Assembly (NCBI RefSeq): GCF_021028975.2
Contig: NC_059435.1
Location: 78,616,001 to 78,680,000 of the forward strand
Direction of reading: 5' to 3'
Source: Sphaerodactylus townsendi
Taxonomy: Eukaryota
Length of the DNA: 64,000 nt
Shown: piece by piece, positions 46,101-57,082 of the stretch
How positions within the stretch are numbered: position 1 is the stretch's first letter
Layout of the letters: each line of letters begins with the position of its first letter
The notes under the pieces: generated by a model
Database searches by the model: none
The model's input: only the letters and a program-made list of their open reading frames with translations
What the model was told of the DNA's origin: nothing
Position numbers and translations under genes: made by a program

Positions 46101-49100
46101 GCAGGGAATCGTCTTCTGCCTGCTGGGGGCTCAGCCCCTCCTCATCATCGGCTTCTCGGGGCCCCTGCTGGTCTTTGAGGAGGCCTTTTTCACAGTGAGT
46201 GGGGGGACGCCTGCCTGTCATTCCTGGGGGGGGGGGGTCTCCAAGGGCCTTGGGCTGCCAGAGAAATGTGTGTGTGTGTGTGTGTGTGTTGGGGGAGGGG
46301 GGGGGGGGTCTCCAAGGGCCTTGGGCTGCCAGAGAAATGTGTGTGTGTGTGTGTGTGTGTGTTGGGGGAGGGGGAGATGGCATGCCTGCCTTGTAGCTAC
46401 AATTGGGGAAACACAGTGGTTTGCAAAAGCTGTGCCCTGCGCACACACCGCCTCCCAGATTCCAGAGCCAGCGTGGCCACGTGGTCGAGAGGGGCAGGCT
46501 CTGATCCAAAGAGCTGGATTTGACTCCTTGCTCCCCCGCAACAAAATCTTATCAAGGCAGAGTGATAAAGGAGAAGGGGGAAGGGCTTTGATCCTACAGC
46601 AGCCCCCACCCACCCTGCAAAGGGGAGCAGAGTGGGAGGGCGGCCTGGCCTGGCCTGGGGGAGCAACAGCTGCCTGCCTGCCTGTCTGCCCTCAGTTCTG
46701 CAGATCGCAGGACCTGGACTACCTGGTGGGCCGCGTCTGGATCGGCTTCTGGCTGATCCTCATTGTGCTGGTGATGGTGGCCTCCGAAGGCAGCTTCCTG
46801 GTGCGCTTCGTCTCCCGCTTCACCCAAGAGATCTTCGCCTTCCTCATCTCCCTCATCTTCATCTACGAGACCTTTTCGAAGTTGGTCAAGGTGCTGGCAA
46901 GGGGCACAACACAAGGCACGGGTGGGGTGGGGGCTCTGTGGGCCGTGCAGAAGTCTGGTGGCTGCTGCTACGTGGGGCGGGGCGGGGCGTTCACTCGCGA
47001 GAGGAGGAGATTCCCCTTGGAGGAACTCCGCGGGCTCTTTCTTCCGGGCAGATCTTCCAGGAGCACCCCCTCCACGGCTGCATCAAGGCCAACGGCACCG
47101 AGGCGGGCCAGGAGGAGGACAGCCCAGTGGTCGTGGCGAACACGACGGCCAGCCGAGCCGCTTCCCAAGTGAGGGGGCAGCCCAACACGGCCCTGCTGTC
47201 CCTCGTCCTCATGGCCGGCACCTTCTTCATCGCTTTCTTCCTGCGCAAGTTCAAGAACAGCCGCTTCTTCCCGGGACGGGTGCGTCCGTCGGGGCTGCAG
47301 GCGGGTGGCCATAGAGCGGGGGATCCCAGCGTGGTGACCGTGGGGCCCAGGATGCCCCCAAGTGTTTTCAGAAAGTGGGGGGGGGGGGGCGGGGGCAAGT
47401 TGTGCTCGTGCACAAGATTTTGCAGGGTTGCTTCAGCAGCTGCTGCTGGCCCAGCACAAAGATCGCCACTGTCTGGTGAAGGCCAGAGCTGTGGAAATAC
47501 TTTCAAGCCACCTCTTCCACGTTCTGCCTGACACACTGAAGAGTGAGGCTCCTTCACGGACGTTGTGTGGTTGGCCCCGCCTCCCATGGCAGCCATTGTG
47601 TAGTTGGATCCACCAGAGGTGTCCACAGGTTGGGGCCCCCTGTCCTGGAGGCGAAGCGCTGCAGATTCTCTGTAGTGGCTTGGCCAGGGCAGGAGCACTC
47701 TGCACATACTCAGAGACTTCACTTCTTAGGCCAGCTGTACACGCTGGCGGGGGGCGAGGGCCCAGATCTCCTGGGCTGTCCTGGAGAGACAAGGAGGAGG
47801 CTGGCGGGGCTCTGTTGCTGAGGGGATGTCTCTGGACAGGTTCGCCGGGTGATTGGCGACTTTGGGGTCCCGATTGCCATCCTCATCATGGTCTTGGTGG
47901 ACTACAGCATCCAGGACACGTACACACAGGTCAGTGGGGCAGGTTTCCTTCTTCTGAGTGCCATCTTTGATTCTTCCGGAGGTTCGTGGAATGGGGGGGA
48001 CGGGACCAAAAGACTCCTGACATCCCACAAGGGAGGACTCACCGGCTGTCCCCTCTTGCCCTCAGCTGCCCAGAGAAGAGTGGAATGCCGGGGGGGGGGG
48101 GGGGGGAAATGTCTGTCAGGCGAACAGCTTCTTGTGCCTCCTGCAGAGGAATTGGGGGGGTGGGGAGCAGTTGCCACCTGTAGCCCTGGGCATCAGTTGT
48201 ACACACACACCCACCCACACGCCGAGTCCCCGGGCACTGCTGTGCTCTCAGCTCCTGCCCCCCTGGTCGCCCCTGCAGAAGCTTTCGGTGCCCCGAGGCT
48301 TCTCCGTCACGGACCCTGAACAGCGGAGCTGGGTCATCAACCCCCTCGGGGGGAAGGATCCCTTTCCCGTCTGGATGATGGTGGCCAGCGCCCTCCCCGC
48401 AGTCCTGGTCTTCATCCTCATCTTCATGGAGACCCAGATCACCACGTGAGTACAGGTCCCGCCCAGCCCACCGCTTGACAGGGTCGGCTGCAGCCCTCGG
48501 GGCCCTAACCTCCCCCTCCCCCCAGGCTGATCATCAGCAAGAAGGAGCGCAAGCTGCGGAAGGGCTCTGGCTTCCACCTGGACCTCCTGCTCATTGTAGC
48601 GCTGGGGGGCTTCTGTGCTCTCTTTGGGCTGCCCTGGCTGGCAGCGGCCACGGTGCGCTCCGTCACTCACGCCAACGCCCTCACCGTCATGAGCAAGTCC
48701 GTGGCCCCCGGAGACAAGCCCAAGATCCAGGAGGTGAAAGAGCAGCGCGTCACAGGCCTGCTGGTGGCCATTCTCGTGGGTGAGTCTTTACACCTTGGCC
48801 CGTTCCCCTTCCACTGGGGGCGTGGCTGGCTTTGCCAACAGACGGCCACTACCTTCGGCACAACTGAGAGGGGGTCAGAGGCCAGCCGGCCAGGCCTTCC
48901 CATGCGGCATCAAGCTCTGCTGGAAGGGCTTGCAGAGCCATGATCTCCCACTGGCTCAGCAAACAGGGGTGCAGAACTTGTCCGGGGGGAGCCCAGGGAA
49001 CCTGTTTCGTGGCCTGCTTGGGAAGCAGCCCCCTTCCTTGCTCCAAGCCCCCCCCCCCAATCAGCACTTCTGAGCAGATCCGCCCCTGCCGCAGGCTTAT

Positions 49101-49879
49101 CCATTGTGATCGGGGACCTCCTGCGCAAGATCCCCCTGGCAGTGCTCTTTGGGATCTTCCTCTACATGGGAGTCACCTCCCTGAACGGGATCCAGTTCTA
49201 CGAACGCCTCCACTTGCTGCTCATGCCTCCCAAGCACCACCCGGACGTGACCTATGTCAAAAAGGTCAGCTGCTGGGCCTCCGCGGGCAGGGAGGGTCGT
49301 CTCCACGAAGCGGGCCCTGGGGACCCTGCTCTGGAGCAGCAGGCCCCTGTGGAAGGGGGGGGGGGGGAGGACCGGGCATGTGCCTCCTGCTGCAAACGGG
49401 GGCCCACGCTCCACCACAGTATCCAGGAGTCCAGCGGGGGGAAGGGGGCAGCCCCAAAACTGTCTGGCCCACACGTGCCCCCTCCCTCTGCCCCCACAGG
49501 TGCGGACGCTGCGCATGCACCTCTTCACGGGCTTGCAGCTGGCATGCCTGGCTGTGCTGTGGGCCGTCATGTCCACGGTGGCCTCCTTGGCCTTCCCCTT
49601 CATCCTCATCCTCACGGTGCCCCTTCGCATGTGCCTGCTCAGTCGCATCTTCACGGAACGAGAGATGAAATGTGTAAGTTGTGATTGCGGGGTGGGGTGG
49701 GGGGGAGGCCACCAACTCAACCAGCTGGGCCGAGTAAGCCAAAGCATCCCCCCCCCCCTCCTCCTCCTGCTGGACTAAGCCCTCTCTCTCCTGGCCAGCT
49801 GGATGCAAATGAGGCAGAGCCTATCCTGGACGAAAGAGAAGGTGTGGACGAATACAACGAGATGCCCATGCCCGTGTGA
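40127..49879 (+). CDS. SLC4A2: Anion exchanger 2 (AE2), exons 6-23
   Basis: Exons 40127-40338, 41549-41685, 42348-42528, 42652-42787, 43012-43195, 43474-43588, 43724-43908, 43998-44223, 44712-44927, 46046-46194, 46696-46890, 47052-47279, 47840-47929, 48279-48445, 48526-48779, 49095-49264, 49500-49673 and 49799-49879 are all phase-consistent. Motifs include [26 protein letters not shown] and METQIT, ending [10 protein letters not shown]. The product is 1024 aa from ATG 40152. Confidence 0.97.
41686..42347 (+). other. SLC4A2: GC-AG intron of SLC4A2
   Basis: The exon ends ...CAGCCCCACGAG|GCGAGT. This donor gives the conserved ...PHE|VFVELNEL junction. Confidence 0.85.
46226..46375. repeat. Tandem duplication of about 72 bp containing (GT)n
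   Basis: GGTCTCCAAGGGCCTTGGGCTGCCAGAGAAAT(GT)nTGGGGGAGGGG occurs twice. Confidence 0.88.
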
Positions 49880-50229
49880 GGAGGAGGAGGAGGAGCTCCT
49901 TCTGTGCCTTCACTCTCTCAGCCTGGGGGAAACAGGCCCTGGCCAAAGCTGCACCCACGGACCGTTGCCACTGAACAGCCGGGCGGCTGGGGGCTACCCT
50001 TCTGCTTCCACGCACCAGCCGTGTGGGCCAGGGAGGGCCACGCCTGCCTCTTCCAAGAGGACAATCAGTACTCCCTGCACACCATGATCTTATTTAAGAG
50101 ACTAATTTAAAACTTCAACAAGCAGCACTGTCATGAGCGGGGGGGGGGGGGGGGGGGGCGGCGGGGGGCGGGGGTTGCCTTTGCAAGTCCCAGGGCAGAC
50201 CTTGAACAGCCCAGGAGCCGGGCCTTGCG

Positions 50230-50235
50230 AATAAA
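50230..50235 (+). terminator. SLC4A2 poly(A) signal AATAAA
   Basis: First AATAAA downstream of the stop codon at 49879. Confidence 0.75.
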
Positions 50236-50271
50236 ACCAATGAGGCTGGTGTGAGTTTCCCCACTTTCCAC

Positions 50272-50277
50272 TTTATT
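50272..50277 (-). terminator. FASTK poly(A) signal AATAAA
   Basis: TTTATT on the plus strand, about 155 nt after the FASTK stop. Confidence 0.75.
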
Positions 50278-50431
50278 GCACATTTCCTTCTCTCCCCTTG
50301 ACCTGTTCTGGCCTCCTTGCCCACCAGGGAGGGAGGTGCCCCCCTGCATGAACTGTGGCCGCTGAGCCTTCTGCTGTCCAGCCATCCCTCCATCCCCTTC
50401 TGCAACAGTAGCCTCCTCCTCCTCCACAAGT

Positions 50432-53400
50432 TCATGCCTGGATCCACAGGCCTCTTAGCTTCTGGCTCAGGTACCGCTTGACCCCCTCCACGCCGCTCAC
50501 CCGCTGCAGGTCCATGTAGGGTAACTGCATTGAAGGAGAAGGCCGAGGCCGGCAGTGAAGTTTCCTCTCCTCCAGAACAATTCTCAGAACTAAGCCTACC
50601 TCAGCCTGCTCAAAACAAAGAAAGGGCGTGGGGTCCCCCCTGCAGGAAGGGGGCAGTCTCCTGTGATCACTCAGCAGGGGCTCCAGCAGGGAAGACAGCC
50701 TAGCAGCCTCCCCCGGAAACACCTTCCCTTCAGGAGGGAGGGAGGGAGGGGAAGTCCCCCTTACCTGCACCAGGTTGTAGCCTAACAGGCGGAGGTGCCG
50801 ATCACGCATCGCTCGAGAGCCCACCAGCACAGCTGAGTTCTGGCAATAATGCCATTCGTCGTTAACAGACAGCACCACTCTGGGAGAGGAGATGAAAGAT
50901 GGGGAGGGCGGCCACCGGCATCTGATCCTCCCCCAAGAGTCCCCGCCCCCACCACAGAGGGTTCTGAGGCAGGGGGGGGGGGGCTTCATGCTCCCAATTG
51001 CTTCAGCCAGGGAGTGGGGGGTTGGTGTGAGGTGGCAGCAGGTGAAGGCGACTCCTCAAGCCAGACGTCCTTGGGCAAGGATACAGGTGCAGCAGGCGAG
51101 GGGGTGGGTGGGGCTAAAACAGCCAATAATTCCCTGCTCCTTTCTGGAATGCCTAAGAATTGTTTGCCCAACAGGCCCAGCAGAAACTCCCTTGCGCGGC
51201 CCCACATACCAGCGCCGCCTCCTCATGGCGCCAGGCACGGAGCCCCCTTTCCCAGGCAGCAGCAGCAGCAGCTGAGGCAAGCTGACTGCTTCTCCTCGGG
51301 AACTGTGAACACAGCATCACGGCCACCCAAGCAATCCCCGCCCCCGCCCTTTTCTCCTTCTGTGAGATGGGCAGCAATTATTTGATCCAAAGAGAAGTGT
51401 AACAGAGGTGACTGAAGCGAAGGTGAAACTGAGACGCTCCAAGCCCCGAAGCTGGAAAACCGCCCCCCACCCCACGACCCTTGGCCAAAAGATCCCAGCA
51501 ACTACCTGTGGATCGCCTCAGCCTTCTGCGTCCCGTCCGGCGCTGCTTCTGGGGAGGTTGCTGGTGCTGGCAGGGGCTGCTGGGGCTCCGTGCCCAGGGT
51601 GGGGGGACGGAAGCGGGTGGCTGATTCTGCTGTGCCACACAGAGACGCAGCCAGAGAACTGTTCAGAACAGCTGTGTGGGGCTCCTCCCCCTGACTCCAC
51701 CCACCACCCTGGGGGGCCCATGAGTGCAAGCTCTCCTCTGGCAAAAAGCGTCTTCCTGCCAAGGGACGGCTGTCCAGCCCCTGCGGCCTGGAGAGCGGCT
51801 CCCTCCGTGTTTCCAGCACAGGGCGTCCAGTCAGGGTCTGGAGGGCTTCAAGGGGGGCTCCAGCCCAGGACGATCGTGGGAGTAGAGCACCGGAATGAGA
51901 GAACTGGAGCAAGAAATCTAGTGAGAGAGAAGGACAGGGCCAGACAGGCCAGAGGAGGACCAAGGAGAAAGTCAGGCCGGAGAAGGACTCGGTCCCTCCA
52001 AATACTGACTTTCAAGCCCCTGCCCCCCTTCCCCCCGCCCCGTCCCTTCATGGGAAGGACGTAATGATAACATCAGGAAAGTTGTGAGGCAGGGGGAGGG
52101 GACTGCATCTTATTCCTAGCAAAAATAAACGACCAGAACTCTTCTTTCAAAACAATGCGCTACAAGCAACAGTGTGGTGGACGATATCTGGGGACAGAAG
52201 GGAAGCAAAGGCTAACCCCCTCCTATTTCCTGGCCCACCCTCATCCCACAGACTATGCAACCCACGAGTAAAGACACACAAATTCCTCATACAGCAAGGC
52301 TGGGGACTGGGAGATATTATGCAACTGAGCTGCTGCAGATATTTGGATGCAGGAAAGATCACAAGCAGGCTGTTTAAGCCTTTGAAGCGGAGTTAAAAGT
52401 AAAAGAAAGCCTTGAAAACCTTAACTCTCTGCCTGGCTCATCTAACTAATTTTCTGGACAAAGAACCTGATGAGAAACTGCAGAGTTCTTGACGAATGTT
52501 CTGCCGCCAAAGACAAATCACCTCCAAAGAGGGATCAAAGAGTATGCTGTCGAAATAAGGAACTGGGGGTGTTAATCTAATAGTCATAATAACAAAGAGG
52601 CCTTTGGAAAGCTCAGGGGCTGGCAGACCTGGGCACATCCAACGGAGCCACACCCACAAGCGCCAGCCAGGGCTTCCAAGCAGCACTTCTGGCTACACAA
52701 GGCTTGGGTAGGGAAGCCCTATTCCCTTCCTGGTCTGTTAACAAGCTGCCAGAGAAGTCTACCTGGCCAACTCAGAGGCGTGCTTCGGCCTGGTTTTAAA
52801 AATGTTTCGGAGGCAAATGGAGCTACCTTCCTGTCCTCTTCTGCGCCTAAGTGCTGCTGCTCCCTGCCCACAGGATCGAGAAACTCCCGGCCCTTTTCAA
52901 GATGGCTCTCACCTGTGCAATACCCCGGGGGCAGCACTTCATCCTGCCGATAGCCTTCTTCTCCCACAAGCTGCCACAGAGCCTCTGCTACCAGGCCTTT
53001 ACAGCTAGGGAAGTAAAGGGGCAGAGGGGAGTCAGCACAGCAGAGACACAGAAGGACACAAGCCGGGGGAGGGGGGTACTTCACAACAAAACATGTAAGA
53101 GGGAGGAACAGTCAACGAGAATCAGCAAGGGAGCAGCCAGCAAAAACGGTGGCAGAAGATAATGCAGAGAAGGAGAGACAAATCTCCCTCAGTGGCACAA
53201 CTAAGGGGGCTTCTCTTCGGTTGTTCCCATTCAGCCTCCAATGGCAGTGGAGGCAACCAAAGCAGGACTTCTTGAGACAAGAGGAGAGGATGGGTGGGTT
53301 CATATGGGAGGACACAGAACCTGCGTGGCATAGTGCACTCTAACCTGGGGAACTGGGTTTGATTCCACACTCCGCCAATTTTGCTGTGGAGGCTTATCTG

Positions 53401-56400
53401 GTGAACTAGGTCAGCTTGTGCACTCCAACACAACTGGGTGACCTTGGGCGAGTCACAGTTCTGAGCACTCTCAGTCCCACTTACCTCACAGGGTGTTTGT
53501 TGTGAGGGAGGGAGGGCAAGGAGATTGTAAGCCCCTTTGAGTCTCCTTGCAGGAGAGAAAGGGGGGAGATATAAATCCAAACTCTTCTTCTTCTTCTTGA
53601 CCTCTGGATCGTACAACCATGCTTAGTGTTCTCTTTCAGCCGCCACTCACAGAAGTGGCCTTCCAGATCAAGAGGATCTGAGCCTCTTTCCATTCCTACT
53701 TGTGTCTGACGAAAAGAGCTTTAGCTCTTGAATGCTTATACCCAAAAAATCTGGGTGGTTTCTATGGTACTACTGGATTCAAATCTAGCTGTGCTTCTGC
53801 AAAATAACACCAGGACTCTCTGAAGATATCTGCAATCTTCTCACAAAAAGGTCATGACCACACCCTCTCTTGGATCGCCCCCTTTTACCTGTACTTGTTG
53901 TTGACCTTGTCTGCAGTAAGAGCACCATCAAACATGCAGACACGGAATCGGGGATCAAGGCGGGGCCCATCATATTCATGGACCTCCAAGGCCACGGCCA
54001 CATCCAGAAGGGAAAGGTAGCGGCGCACAATCAACCCACAGGGGCTACCTGGGAAGGAACAGCGCGTGAGAAGTTAGCCCGTCTGCCACATCAAACCTGA
54101 AAAAAGTAGATACATGTAAATTCTCCTCTGCCAACCCCCCCCCCGCCCCGAATATATTTCTTCTCAAAGGACCCCCCCCCCCCCCATTTTTCGGTTTGGA
54201 AACATTAAAACATTTGGAGCACTGGAAAAAAATATCCTGTGAAATATTTTTTTCTTTTAGAAGTAAAACGCTCAAGGCAATTGTTTTCATATCTGCTGAG
54301 GATGTTTTCAACTTTTCCAGTGAAAAATTCCAAATTTTGGTGAACATTAGGGAAAAAACCCTTTAGTTAACGATCATAAAATTAAAGAACTCAATTTTCA
54401 AAGTTATTAAGTTTAGCTTAATATCCCAACTTGTTAGTACCCAAGTACCCTCCCCCCTTCCCTTCACAGCTGCCTTTTTAATTCCGAAAGGTGTGCCCAT
54501 CCATCGGCTCCGGGTTGATGGTGGCCGCCCAGCCCCTGCCCTTTGGAGCAGAGCCCCACCTGAGACCGGCTGGAGTCCCAGATGTTTAACCCACATGTCT
54601 CCCCACGGCGGCCACCTCAGAGTCTCAGGGCCCCGGGGCAGCCTGGGCAGAGTCTTCCTCTTTGTGCTAGAACAGGGGTAGGGAACCTGCGGCTCTCCAG
54701 ATGTTCAGGAACTACAATTCCCATCAGCCTCTGTCAGCATGGCCAAAAGGTTCCCTACCCCTGTGCTAGAAAGAGCCCCCTCCTGCAGGCTGGCACATGG
54801 CTGCATGAGAAAGGTTTTGTTCAAATAACACTTTCTTAGAGACATGGTTTACAACTCCTGGGTATACTAGCAACATTTGTACTTCTGAATTCCATTAAGT
54901 ATGCCAAGCAGCACCGTTTTATAGGCTAAGTTATAAGCAACACAATTCATGCTGCTCGAGGGCCAGCCTGCGGAGGTCAAAAAGGCTCCCCTGGCGCTGG
55001 CAGCCAACAAAAGTAACGCAAAACTGAATTCTGCAGGAAAATATTGTATAAGACCAGTAGGGTTATTTTATAGTGCAAGAGTTCAGGAAAGCGCTTAAAT
55101 AAAGAAAAAGGGTCCGAGGACTCTGCTGCTGTGTGTCGCGCACACTGTCTGTTGCATTCTACTCTCTGTTACTTTCATTTAACATGTCATATTAATACTG
55201 ATGCTTTATCTCAGCTTTCTGCAGTCCTAATCCACTCAAGTTGCTTACGACTGATTGATTTATACAATGTAATTTGCCTTGGGACTTAGGTAGAAAGATG
55301 GATTATAAGTAATGCAAATTTTAAAGAAGAGTTTAGGTTTGACACAAAGATATTTAAAACATTTCAGTCCCTCCACCTCCACCCACAGAATTTGGCTTCA
55401 ACATTTCTGGACATTTCACACCAGCAGGGAGCCCCCTCCCTCCCCCTTACTGGTGACGTTGTCAAGGAAGCCTGGAGAGAAGACCTGGTGTAGGACTGCC
55501 AGGGGGAAGTGGCGCAGCTGGAACAGAGACATGAGGATGTTGGTGGTGGCCAGGGGCGAGGTGGCCGCCTTCTGCAGCAGCACCGACTCCAGCTGAGGGA
55601 AGAGCTCCGCGTGGTTGCAGGGCCGGTAGTTTGTGCGGCTGAAGGGGAAGACCAGCTTCTGGATCACCTGCGGCACAAAACCAAGAGGGAGCCGGCCCCC
55701 ACTTATCCCCACGGCCTCCTTGGTTATCCCCCAGCGGGCTTGGACAATTTGCCATTCAGTTCTGCATTCCCAGCCCTACTGCCTTGTCTGTGGCTGCATG
55801 CCCCCCTCTGTATGTGTGTACACACACACAGGCACTCTGCAAGCACACACGTGAAAACTCTGTTGAGCCCTCATCCTCCGGGCCTTCTCCGCTCCGCTGA
55901 AGTTGCTTCCGGCCATTAACTGACAGCCAGATCCGCCCTGAAAGGGCAAGGCGCGGGGGGGGGGGGAGGTCTGCAGGGTCCTCCCTGCAGGGGCTGCCGG
56001 TTCTGGCGGGGGGGGGGGTGCAGGCGGGGGGGCTCCTCCATGGGGGGGGGCAGGCGCACCTTGGGGTGGAGCCGGGGGGCCCTGGGCAGCAAGAAGGCGG
56101 CGATGGCGTCGAGCAGGGGCGGCTGGCGGAGGCGGTGGCGCGCCACGTACTGGGCGATCAGGGCCAGGGTGGCCGGGCTCAGGCCCTCGACCGCGCCGGG
56201 CAGCCAGCCTGCGGGGAGGCGAGCGGCACTCAGCACCCGGCCGGCGGGACCCCGGAGCCCCTCCCTTCCTCCTTCCCCCCCCCTTCCCTCCCTCCCTCCC
56301 ACCCACCCACCGGCCAAGGCGCGGGCGAAGCGGGCCGGGCGGCGGTGGCAGAAGGGCGGCGAGCTGAAGAGGGCCTGCAGGGCGGCGTCGCCGGGCGGGC

Positions 56401-56581
56401 CGGCTCTCCTCGGGGCCGCCGCCGCCGCCGCCGCCGCCACACCGGGCGAGGGAGCAGGACGCCGCGCCCGCCAGCGCTCCAGCAGCGCCCGCAGGCCCGG
56501 GCCGTGGAGGGCGGCGGCGGCGGCAGGAGGGCGCGCGGGGAGGCGGCCCGGGGCTGGCCCCAGCCGCCGGAGGGCCAGCAT
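50432..56581 (-). CDS. FASTK: Fas-activated serine/threonine kinase (FAST/RAP-domain mitochondrial RNA-binding protein), 8 coding exons, about 502 aa
   Basis: Exons 56311-56581, 56060-56208, 55451-55667, 53889-54048, 52913-53004, 51506-51917, 50765-50879 and 50432-50524 total 1509 nt. Motifs are LIAQYVARHRLRQPPLLDAIA, VIQKLVFPFSRTNY, LIVRRYLSLLD, PPGYCTDFLL and the RAP domain HYCQNSAVLVGSRAMRDRHLRLLGY. It sits between SLC4A2 and TMUB1 as in mammals. The start codon is less certain than the internal exons. Confidence 0.9.
53315..53598 (+). mobile_element. Squam3-like SINE with (CTT)n tail
   Basis: B box GGTTTGATTCC, the core sequence, and the tail ATAAATCCAAACTCTTCTTCTTCTTCTT. Confidence 0.85.
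53700..53795 (+). mobile_element. Penelope-like element terminal fragment with a degenerate hammerhead ribozyme core
   Basis: TCTGACGA-AAAGAGC-TTTA-GCTCTT-GAATGCTTATACCC...GGTACTACTGGATTC, the layout typical of PLE termini. Confidence 0.55.
54461..54795 (-). repeat. Diverged duplicate of the TMUB1 3' UTR (56866-57075) inside FASTK intron 3
   Basis: CCTTCACAGC.GCCTTTTTAATTCCGAAAGGTGTG.CCATCCATC...GAGCCCCACCTGAGACCGGCTGGAGTCCC...CCCCTCCTGCAGGC is shared between the two locations. Confidence 0.88.
54673..54763. mobile_element. Internally deleted hAT MITE (same family as 39348-39495)
   Basis: Same TIRs, with an exact 8-bp TSD TGCTAGAA (54665-54672 and 54764-54771). Confidence 0.9.
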
Positions 56582-57080
56582 GGCGGAGGGGCCCGCGGCG
56601 ACTCAGGCGCCGGCAGCTGGCCTGCAGGCCGCCATCTTGCTTCCCGGCAGGCCGCGCGCGCGCGAGAAGGGCAGGAAGGAAGGAAGGAAGGCGGCCGCTT
56701 CCGCTCCTCGGCCCCGGGTGGGAGAAGCGCGCCCCGCAGAGGAGCCCCCCGGAACTGCACCCCACGGGGCGCCTGGGCGGGGCTGCAGCCAGCCCCCTCC
56801 CCGCCTGCAGACACCGCCCCGCCTTGCGCCCCCCCCCCCACAAACCCACACGAGCCGCGTCTTTGCCTTCACAGCCGCCTTTTTAATTCCGAAAGGTGTG
56901 TCCATCCATCAGCTGACGGCGGCCGCCCCGCCCCGCCCCCGCCCTTTGGAGCGGAGCCCCACCTGAGACCGGCTGGAGTCCCGGACGTCTCCCCCACAGG
57001 TCCCCCCACGGCGGCCGGCCGCCTCAGAGTCCCAGGCCCCGGGGCAGCGCGGGCGCCCCTCCTGCAGGCAGGCAGGCAGG
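55950..57080 (-). promoter_or_regulatory. FASTK CpG island/promoter overlapping the TMUB1 3' end
   Basis: CpG-rich, with the YY1-type motif CAAGATGGCGGC (minus, 56628-56639) and ETS-like CTTCCG sites near 56640-56703. Confidence 0.7.
56882..56887 (-). terminator. TMUB1 poly(A) signal ATTAAA
   Basis: TTTAAT on the plus strand about 200 nt after the TMUB1 stop, followed on the minus strand by GT-rich sequence. Confidence 0.6.
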
Positions 57081-57082
57081 CA

